NCBI GenBank assembly: GCA_043803405.1
Contig: JAZDKB010000049.1
Location: forward strand, 1 to 28,103
Direction: 5' to 3'
DNA: 28,103 nucleotides
Source of the DNA: Spirochaetota bacterium
Lineage (GTDB): Bacteria > Spirochaetota > UBA4802 > JAFGDQ01
Shown here one piece after another: positions 20,266-27,958 of the stretch; the first letter of the stretch is position 1; each line of letters starts with the position of its first letter. Made by a program: the position numbers and the translations under genes. The notes beneath the pieces were generated by a model. The model made no database searches and was not told the DNA's origin. It saw only the letters and a list, made by a program, of their open reading frames with translations.

Positions 20266-20753
20266 TTGTTAACTCATAATGTGTATTTTCATAAAGAAGT
20301 ATCCTTTATTGACGGCAGGACAAAAGAAAATAAAGAAACTCATTTCTGGATATTGCGAAAAAACGGTAAGATTTTAAATGTTCAATCGTATGAAAGGAAA
20401 AATCCGATTCTTTCTTCTTATGATTTACTCTGGAATGAAATTAGAAACAGGAATAACAATAACGGCATTAGTCTTCAAAATACTATGAGAAGAATTATTG
20501 AGAGCTATTTTAAAATTCTTGGGAGATATGGTGACGATGATTTGATAAAAAAATTTGATAGTAAAGAGGAACAGTATATTTGCAAATCCTTGATTTGCTG
20601 GATAAATGACGGTCTCATAATTTTGCAGATGATTTGTTTGTCGAAGCTCCGGAAAATACTATGGAAACATATTTGAAGGTTTTTAAAAATATTTTTGAAA
20701 AAACAGATAATCTCGGTCATTACAACATGATGATGGGAATTGAAAATGAATAG
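20266..20753 (+). pseudogene. 5'-truncated, frameshifted RloC-like (AAA_13 ABC-ATPase plus HEPN) gene
   Basis: Begins at the H-loop 'LTHNVYFHKE' and contains 'NTMRRIIESYF'. A 1-nt loss at about 20612 breaks 'WINDG-SH'; the shifted frame continues 'SHNFADDLF...FKNIFEKTDNLGHYNMMMGIENE*'. Confidence 0.82.
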
Positions 20754-20876
20754 TATTTTTGTCCGCGACTCAATGTTTTTTTTGGGAAAATTAATATTCA
20801 CGAATAAATTTATTATTGTAATTTTGGAATCCTGGATTATCTTTGTTATATCATCATTTTAAAAGGCTATACCATT

Positions 20877-21071
20877 ATGACTATTGAAGAAAAAATCAAC
20901 GCTCTTCCTTCTGAAGCCAAAAAAGAAATTTTAGATTTTGTTGAATTTCTTATCGAAAAAAACCGGAAGGGAAGCAAAGAGGATAAAGAGTGGCATCTTA
21001 AATTGTCTGAGAAATCTTTAGACAAAATCTGGAATAATCCCGAGGACGATATCTACAGTGAGCTACTCTAA
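20877..21071 (+). CDS. DUF2281-like antitoxin
   Basis: 'KINALPSEAKKEILDFVEFLIEK' and an acidic tail 'SLDKIWNNPEDDIYSEL'; overlaps the downstream toxin gene. Confidence 0.85.
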   Translation: MTIEEKINALPSEAKKEILDFVEFLIEKNRKGSKEDKEWHLKLSEKSLDKIWNNPEDDIYSELL

Positions 21072-21390
21072 AGGTGATGTAATTCTTCTGCCGTATCCGT
21101 TTACCGATCTTAAGACTCAGAAAGTGCGGCCTGCTGTTGTGGTGAGCAAAGACAAAGAAAAGTATGACGATATTTTTGTTGTTCCTCTTACCAGCAAAAT
21201 AAATAATCTTTCTGAATCTGAATTTGTTCTCTCAAACTGGAAAGAAGCTGGGCTTAATGTTCCTACTGCTGTTAAAAGAGGCTGTATTCTTGTCGATTCC
21301 GCTCTTGTCATTAAAAAGGTCGGAGTTTTAGCTGAATCCGACCTGAAGCTTGTTACTAATGCTCTCAAAATTTGGTTTGATCTAAATTGA
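21058..21390 (+). CDS. mazF: PemK/MazF family toxin (type II TA endoribonuclease)
   Basis: 'YSKGDVILLPYPFTDLKTQKVRPAVVVS', 'VVPLTS', 'WKEAGLNVPT'. Confidence 0.93.
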   Translation: MSYSKGDVILLPYPFTDLKTQKVRPAVVVSKDKEKYDDIFVVPLTSKINNLSESEFVLSNWKEAGLNVPTAVKRGCILVDSALVIKKVGVLAESDLKLVTNALKIWFDLN

Positions 21391-21394
21391 AAAA

Positions 21395-22072
21395 TTACTG
21401 TTTAAAGTCCACTCCTTCTTCTTTCTTCACTAGCTCGTAAACCCACTTCTGCTCGTTCCAGCGGTATGTTTCTTTTTGGAGTCCTTTTTTGTGTGCCTCG
21501 TATTCGTAACCGTAATATAGGCTCAATGATTTGTCTTGTGGATTTATTGTAATGTGTCTTAACCAGCCATAATCAATATTTAAAAGAGGAATAAAACGGT
21601 CTTTCTTGAATTCGTATATTGAAATATTAAAAACCCTACCGCCGTATTTAAATACTATTATCTCTTTTGTCCCGCTTTTATTTAGATCATAACTATAATA
21701 GTATCCATTCCAAGGGCCAAAGATAGGTTCAAGTTCTTTTATTGTTTTTAAATCAAGCTCATTGTAGTTAAAATAAGCTGCATCATAAATAGTGTATCGA
21801 TTTAACACCTTATTCCCTTTTACAACATATATAATAATATTTGTAAAGAAAGGATGGTCAGTATCTTCTTTGGGGTAATAAAATGCAATGTATTCTTCTT
21901 TTCCTGAATTATTAAAATTTTCCTTAAAGTATTTTCTTAAGGCGAGAGTGTCCTTTCTATTTGGATTTTCTGGATATGCTGATTCATAAATAATTTTTGG
22001 GATCACTGCTTCTTCTGCATAGATAATATTGCTAAGAAATAGAAATGATAATATAAAAAAAATACGTTTCAT
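21395..22072 (-). CDS. Exported putative immunity protein of Rhs cassette 1
   Basis: Sec signal peptide (MKRIFFILSFLFLSNIIYA/EE), FG-GAP/VCBS-like 'YDLNKSGTKEIIV', and a start 11 nt downstream of the Rhs-CT stop. Confidence 0.78.
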   Translation of the reverse strand: MKRIFFILSFLFLSNIIYAEEAVIPKIIYESAYPENPNRKDTLALRKYFKENFNNSGKEEYIAFYYPKEDTDHPFFTNIIIYVVKGNKVLNRYTIYDAAYFNYNELDLKTIKELEPIFGPWNGYYYSYDLNKSGTKEIIVFKYGGRVFNISIYEFKKDRFIPLLNIDYGWLRHITINPQDKSLSLYYGYEYEAHKKGLQKETYRWNEQKWVYELVKKEEGVDFKQ

Positions 22073-22083
22073 ATAGAAATCCT

Positions 22084-23390
22084 TTATTTGACTTTTTGTT
22101 TTGGGTCATAGAAGAATTGCAAATTTTTAACATCAGTCTGGAATGCGCTTTTTGCACTCATTACTGCATTATTGCCACCACCTACATGTGCAACCGTTGG
22201 ACCTTTTTCTGGATCGTATTTATTATACGAAGAAGCTACAGTTGCGACATGCCCAGGGGCTGCAGCGATTACAGTATATCCTTGATTTGCCAGATTTTTA
22301 GCCTGTTCTCCGGTTGCCATTTTTAAATTTTTGTTAGCAACACCTTCTTTCATTACATTTATCATGTCATTTGCACGCGTTTCATATCTTCCGCCTGGTT
22401 TTGTAAACTTGCTTAAATCTCCTCCCGCTGCTTTGATAATATCAAATGCTGCTTGGTTACACCATGTGTATGAAGGATCTGGCTTAGCTATATGTCCGCC
22501 CGCACCTGCTTTATATTCCGGGTCAGCTATGGCTTTGTTTTGTGCTCTCATGCTATCAAGAACTGACATTTCTCCTTGATTTAGAGCCGTAGCATTACCG
22601 TCTGGATCTATATATCTTACTGGATTATTTAAAGCATAAGAATAAACGTTAAGATTTCCGCTGTTGAATACACCCCCAACGCCAGGCAGTTTTTTACTTG
22701 CATCCTGCTTTAGATACCAATAGTAATCATGCTCAGTATCGAAATCGCTTGCCGAAGGCATATACTTCTCAAACGCCTTATCAACCGAAGTCCAAACCCC
22801 AAGTTTAGGATCATAAGTCCTTGCTCCAAAGTTGTAGTATCCCGTCTCCGCGTCATACTCCTTTGTGGTAAACTTGTACGCTACAGAGTCGGAAGTCGAG
22901 CTTGCCTTGTCATCGATCCAGTCTTCACCGTATGGGAAGTACTCTATGTGCTCGTAAAACTTGCCTGTGCTGTCTGTTATAACCGAACTCGACCCCAGAT
23001 GGTCTCCGTGATAATAGAAAGCTCCCATGTCCTTCACTGTCGTTGCAGTGCCTGTTGTCTGCACGCTGCTCATCTTGCTCACAATGCGTGTGTTGCCTGC
23101 GAATACGTGTTTGCTTATCAGATCACTGTTGCGCAATGTGTAGTTCGCGTTTACGTACACTACGTCTCCCAGGTTCCCGCTCTTTACTACGCGCGTTCCG
23201 CTTGCGTCGTACGCAAAGGTCGTCTTCGCTGTTACGCCTGTACTGTTCAGGCTGTCTGTTACGCTCTTCATCCGGTTATCATCGTCCCACGTGATTGTCC
23301 GTGTTGTACCTGCTATGCTGTCTGTTGCTTTTATCATGTTACCGTTAAGATCGTAGCTGTAATTCTTTGTGCCATTGCTAATGCTGTCGT
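22084..23390 (-). CDS. Orphan (5'-truncated) Rhs toxin 1: Rhs core end plus papain-like (NlpC/P60/CHAP-type) C-terminal domain
   Basis: 'YYHGDHLGSSSVITD', 'YKFTTKEYDAETGYYNFGARTYDP', and the cleavage motif 'NNPVRYIDPDG'. The CT has 'TWCNQ...PGHVATV'. Rhs coding extends upstream of the called ATG 23337 ('DSISNGTKNYSYDLNGNM'). Confidence 0.9.
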
Positions 23391-23392
23391 TA

Positions 23393-23537
23393 TTGTATGA
23401 TATTTACACTCTTCTTCTTTTTGCTTTGCTTGTTCTTTGCGAAAATGTTTTGAATGCGACGTTTTCTTTGCTATGGGCTTTTTTCTTATCAGCTTGCTTT
23501 CTATTGTGCGTTATTGCCTGTATAACGTATTACTTCG
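23393..23537. repeat. 145-bp non-coding leader repeat abutting the truncated Rhs (copy A)
   Basis: Ungapped similarity to 27959..28103 (TTGTATGATATTTACACTCTTCTTCTTTTTGCTTTGCT...CGTATTACTTCG). Confidence 0.9.
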
Positions 23538-23560
23538 CTGTTTATGTCTCAGGTAACTAT

Positions 23561-23812
23561 ATATTTGTTTTCAAAGATCGTTTCTTTTACTCTAGCTTAT
23601 TGCCAATTTCTTTTGTCCGGCCAAAAGAAATTGGCGAAAGAAAAGCCGCCGCTCCAAAGCCGCGGTGGCTTCGCTCGGCGTAAGGGACTTCCTGCCCCAC
23701 GCCTCGCCGCCGACCTCCTGCCGGCGTTTACTTTCGCCAGCTTTTTTAAATTAAATGTATCAAAGTGCTGCTAATCCAACCAATCCTTTAATCATGCTAA
23801 TCATGGTTCAGA
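23561..23812. repeat. Structured inter-cassette repeat (copy 1)
   Basis: Closely similar to 25663..25933. It has a perfect 14-bp stem at 23602-23635 (GCCAATTTCTTTTG-N6-CAAAAGAAATTGGC), two further GC-rich stems, and ends in an AATC-periodic ...GGTTCAGA motif. Confidence 0.92.
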
Positions 23813-23894
23813 TAAATATTACAGGAAATGCTCATAAAATATACTTTCTCTTAAAAAATCACACATAAGCCATTATGGATTCTTTTTAATAAAT

Positions 23895-24506
23895 TCATAT
23901 TTTAAACTCATATAATTTTCCTTTGTTTTCATTATTATGAAAAACATCTCCAATATCTTTAATTTCACGAAATAACGTTTTGTCATTAACTGCATCCTTG
24001 TATTTTTCTGATACTATACATGTTGTCTTTTCTTTTAATTTTATAGTATTCATCATTTTACAGTAATCTATCTCCTCCCCTAAAATCATTCTTTTAAATC
24101 TGTTTCTTGCACCCCAATTTCCAATTATTACTGCTCCTTTATGTAATGTCGTAGTATAAATAAGTGATTTATCCATATCGAGTAACTCTGTATTAATTTT
24201 CTTAACAGATTCTATTGATTTTTCAACTTCTTCATAGCAAACAATGACTTCATTAAAACCAAAATCAATTATAGCACCGTTACTAATTTTATCAGTGAAA
24301 TCATAAATAATATCAAATGCATCTACTAAATGTGTCAGCATATCCTGTAATTTTAAGTTATCCTTTGGTTTGATAATCCAATCATTTAATATTAAATTTT
24401 TTTCTTCAGCATTAATATTAAAGATATTTTCCTCCCATCTCCTTATTGATTGGTGGATACTTACACCACAGTAATGTTCTAGTAAATTTTTATAATCGAT
24501 ATCCAT
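23895..24506 (-). CDS. Putative immunity protein of Rhs cassette 2 with a degenerate class III adenylate/guanylate cyclase fold
   Basis: Start moved to ATG 24506, 7 nt after the toxin stop. It aligns by eye along its length with class III cyclase catalytic domains ('TLHKGAVIIGNWGARNR...ILGEEID...CIVSEKYKDAV...FREI...KLYEF'). No signal peptide. Confidence 0.72.
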   Translation of the reverse strand: MDIDYKNLLEHYCGVSIHQSIRRWEENIFNINAEEKNLILNDWIIKPKDNLKLQDMLTHLVDAFDIIYDFTDKISNGAIIDFGFNEVIVCYEEVEKSIESVKKINTELLDMDKSLIYTTTLHKGAVIIGNWGARNRFKRMILGEEIDYCKMMNTIKLKEKTTCIVSEKYKDAVNDKTLFREIKDIGDVFHNNENKGKLYEFKI

Positions 24507-24513
24507 TTTTCTC

Positions 24514-25659
24514 TCACTTTTTTTTAGGATTGTATTGAGGAACAGTGAAACTTCCTGTTCCTTCAACTTTTATTGGAAAAGCATTTTTTGAATAATCACT
24601 TTCTATCTTTTCTCCAAATGAATTAAATAGTTCACCTCTTTCCGGTATTTTATTTATTTCTTTTACATCAAGTATTATTTCTGAGCCTTTTCTTGTTTCT
24701 GTGGTTTTGTACTTTGGAGCTTTGTAATTTTTTAAAGCTTTTTCCCAAAGAGCTTTTGATTCTCCTGCAATCTTTTCGGTTTTATTTTTTGTAACTTGTG
24801 TTGCTTCTTTATTAAATAATTTAGAGAAGAAATTTTTTGCTTTACTCAAGATTGAACCTGTAGCTTTAGCTCCTACGCTTTCTAATACTGCAGGGCCAGG
24901 TACAAAATCAGAAGGTGAAGGTTCAACAAAATCAGCAACAATACCCATTATAGTACTATCAGGAAAATTCTCACGTATTTGTTTAGCCAGGATATGGGCA
25001 TTTTTATATTGACGGTTGGCTGCTTCAGATATAGCATTCCCATCCGGATCAACATATTTAACCGGATTTAAACCAGCATAGTGGTACACATTCAAGTTCG
25101 AACTGTTAAACACTCCTCCTATTCCTGGCAATTTCTTGCTGGCATCCTGTTGCAAGTACCAATAGTAGTCATGCTCAGTATCAAAATCATTTGCCGATGG
25201 AATGTATTTTGGGAATGCTTTATCAACGCTTATCCATGTACACAGCTTCATGTCATAGTAGCGAGCTCCAAAATTCGTGTACCCAGTCTCCGCGTCGTAC
25301 TCCTTTGCAGTAAACTTATACGCCACACTCTCACTCGTACTCGTAGCCTTCTCATCGACCCAGTCTTCCCCATATGGGAAGTACTCTATGTGCTCGTAAA
25401 ACTTGCCTATGCTGTCTGTTATAACCGAACTCGATCCCAGATGGTCTCCGTGATAATAGAACGCTCCGATGTCCTTCACTGTCGTTGCAGTGCCTGTTGT
25501 CTGCACGCTGCTCATCTTGCTCACAATGCGTGTATTGCCCGCGAACACGTGTTTGCTTACTATGTCGCTATTGCGAAGCGTGTAGTTCGCGTTTACGTAC
25601 ACTACGTCTCCCAGGTTCCCGCTCTTCAGCACACGCGTTCCGCTTGCATCGTGCGCAAA
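24514..25659 (-). CDS. Orphan (5'-truncated) Rhs toxin 2 with an unrecognised basic C-terminal domain
   Basis: Same Rhs core, 'LNPVKYVDPDG', then a CT of about 175 aa. Rhs homology starts abruptly at 'FAHDASGTRV', directly next to the structured repeat. Confidence 0.9.
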   Translation of the reverse strand, partial: FAHDASGTRVLKSGNLGDVVYVNANYTLRNSDIVSKHVFAGNTRIVSKMSSVQTTGTATTVKDIGAFYYHGDHLGSSSVITDSIGKFYEHIEYFPYGEDWVDEKATSTSESVAYKFTAKEYDAETGYTNFGARYYDMKLCTWISVDKAFPKYIPSANDFDTEHDYYWYLQQDASKKLPGIGGVFNSSNLNVYHYAGLNPVKYVDPDGNAISEAANRQYKNAHILAKQIRENFPDSTIMGIVADFVEPSPSDFVPGPAVLESVGAKATGSILSKAKNFFSKLFNKEATQVTKNKTEKIAGESKALWEKALKNYKAPKYKTTETRKGSEIILDVKEINKIPERGELFNSFGEKIESDYSKNAFPIKVEGTGSFTVPQYNPKKK

Positions 25660-25662
25660 TAA

Positions 25663-25933
25663 ATATTTATTTTCAAAGATCGTTTCTTTTATTTTAGCTT
25701 ATCGCCAATTTCTTTTGTCCGGCCAAAAGAAATTGGCGGAAGCGAAGACTCAGCTTGTCGCGGGTAAAAGCCGCCGCTCCAAAGCCGCGGTGGCTTCGCT
25801 CGGCGTAAGGGACTTCCTGTCCCACGCCTCGCAGTCGGCCTCCTGCCGGCGTTTACTCTCGCTCGCTTCTCTTTCCAGTTGCATCATTGCTGCTGCCAAT
25901 TCTGTGCGAAGCCTTATGTGAATCCCGGTTCAA
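25663..25933. repeat. Structured inter-cassette repeat (copy 2)
   Basis: Same hairpins as copy 1 (stem at 25704-25737), with about 23 extra nt near 25739-25765. Confidence 0.92.
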
Positions 25934-25992
25934 ACAATCAAATCTGCATAGAATTTATCTTCTCTTAATTTATCGCTGCTACGCTATCGAAT

Positions 25993-26634
25993 TTACTCAA
26001 TCTTTAAAGAGCATCCTTCGTCTTTCTTTGGATCACAAAGTTCTATAAACAAATCAGGTCTCATTGGATCGGAATATTTTAAATACAGTATGCTTTCATA
26101 GCGGAATACTGTCCCGGAAGCCTTTCCTGATTTGCCTTTATCTGCTGGATATGTGCTTACCCATTTGCCTGTATACTGGCCATTGCTAAAAAATGTAATG
26201 TAATAATTGATGTCACCATAACCGTATTCCAATTTTTTACCCGTCCATGATTGTTCAGGTTTAAACATCGATTTGTACGCTACACAATCGTTACGTACCC
26301 AACCTTGATTTGAATGTTCAGTTTGAACAAATGCCCATTTTGAATCCCCTTTATAATTATTTGAAATTACTATTACAATTCTTCCCGGGATAAGTGTCAA
26401 TAATCCCTTTGCGTTATCTTTTGGCTCATTCATTATTTCTATGGTCTTCGTTATTATGGCAAAATAATATTTTTCTTTTATGAATGGTTTAGTTATAAAT
26501 TGATCTTTTACACATTCACCAATATAGCAATTTTGTGGTACATTCGGAGTCAGTATCTTAGCATCTTCGGTATTACTTGCATTACTACAAGAATACATTA
26601 ATTGAATTAACAGCATTAAAATATATTTTTTCAT
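25993..26634 (-). CDS. Immunity lipoprotein of Rhs cassette 3 (SH3b-like N-domain)
   Basis: Lipobox MKKYILMLLIQLMYS-C, SH3b-like 'WAFVQTEHSNQGWVRNDCV', GAGG RBS, directly downstream of the toxin. Confidence 0.85.
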   Translation of the reverse strand: MKKYILMLLIQLMYSCSNASNTEDAKILTPNVPQNCYIGECVKDQFITKPFIKEKYYFAIITKTIEIMNEPKDNAKGLLTLIPGRIVIVISNNYKGDSKWAFVQTEHSNQGWVRNDCVAYKSMFKPEQSWTGKKLEYGYGDINYYITFFSNGQYTGKWVSTYPADKGKSGKASGTVFRYESILYLKYSDPMRPDLFIELCDPKKDEGCSLKIE

Positions 26635-26655
26635 TTTAACCTCTAATATTCCAGA

Positions 26656-27958
26656 TCATTTTTTATCTTTCTTAATAACAACATCTCCTGCATGAACATG
26701 GTTTGAATGATCTTGGGGTCTATTTTTATAGTCTAACACTTCCTGTGCACCTTCGGCTCCAAATGCTTTAGAGAGTTTATCTATTAGACTTTTGTTCCCA
26801 TCTTTATTCATTTTTGCCACAGCAGATTTTGAATCAGGAGTACTTCCTTTAAATTGTCCTACATCTCCTTTATCTGCAACCCTGTTAATATCAACCGCAT
26901 CTCCTGTGGAGTGTTTTTCATTCCCCGGCCCTCTTTTACTGCTATTAACATTAAACAATAATCCTGTCTTATCTGCAACATTCTCTGTAGCAGCTGCCTG
27001 TTTAGAGCTAACCGGTTTATCGGTTGTCCCTTTAGACGGATCATCATTTATAAATGAAATCTTTTGATCAGAAAATAAACTTCCAAAACCTGTAGTGCCT
27101 GTCGGATCAATGTGTCTGCCTGATGATTCTGACGCAAAACCTGCCCTGTATCCGCCTCCGTCGCATTTCGGTTTTTGCTGGACATAAAAAGCTACTCCGG
27201 TAAATGGAATATTGATTACCCAGTTCCCGTCCGGGTCAGTAAATTTTACCGGATTGTTTGTAGCATAAGAATAAACATTCAAATTGGCTGAGTTGAATAC
27301 TCCGCCAATGCCGGGTAGTTTATTCGAAGAGTCTTGTGAAAGATACCAGTAATAGTCATGCTCTGTATCAAAATCGCTTGCCGATGGCATGTATTTCGGG
27401 AATGCCTTATCAACGCTTATCCATGTACACAACTTCATATCATAGTAACGAGCTCCAAAATTCGTGTAGCCCGTCTCCGCGTCATACTCCTTTCCAGTAA
27501 ACTTGTACGCCACAGACTCCGCAGTCGTCGAAGCCTTGTCGTCAATCCAGTCTTCACCGTATGGGAAATACTCAATGTGCTCGTAAAACTTGCCTGTGCT
27601 GTCTGTTATAACCGAGCTCGATCCAAGGTGATCCCCATGATAATAGTACGAGCCCATGTCCTTGCTTACTGTCTGCCCGTTCGTTGTTTGCAACGTAACT
27701 ATTTTGCTCACAATGCGTGTGTTGCCTGCGAATACGTGTTTGCTTATCAGATCACTGTTGCGCAATGTGTAGTTCGCGTTTACGTACACTACATCTCCCA
27801 GGTTACCGCTCTTTGCTACGCGCGTTCCGCTTGCGTCGTACGCAAAGGTTGTCTTCGCTGTTACACCTATACTGTTCAGGCTGTCTGTTACGCTTTTCAT
27901 CCTGTTATCGTCGTCCCACGTGATTGTCCGCGTTGTTCCTGCTGTGTTGTCTGTTGCT
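26656..27958 (-). CDS. Orphan (5'-truncated) Rhs toxin 3 with a LAS/M15-type Zn-metallopeptidase C-terminal domain
   Basis: Rhs core and 'NNPVKFTDPDG'. The CT has 'NSSKR...KHSTGDAVDI' (H-x6-D) and 'HSNHVHAG' (HxH). Rhs coding extends upstream of the called ATG 27900 ('KATDNTAGTTRTITWDDDNRM'). Confidence 0.9.

Noticed and set aside
23369..23683. 104-aa hydrophobic plus-strand ORF over the leader and structured repeat
   Set aside because: The equivalent frame in leader copy B hits a TGA stop, and the hydrophobicity follows from T-richness.
23393..23823. Possible MITE with TGTA..ATATTTA terminal inverted repeats spanning leader plus repeat
   Set aside because: The match is short, AT-rich and needs a 2-nt gap. 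There is no target-site duplication and no equivalent right end at copy 2.
24507..24566. N-terminal extension of ORF 23895..24566 overlapping the toxin gene
   Set aside because: ATG 24506, just after the toxin stop, fits translational coupling and the cyclase-domain boundary.
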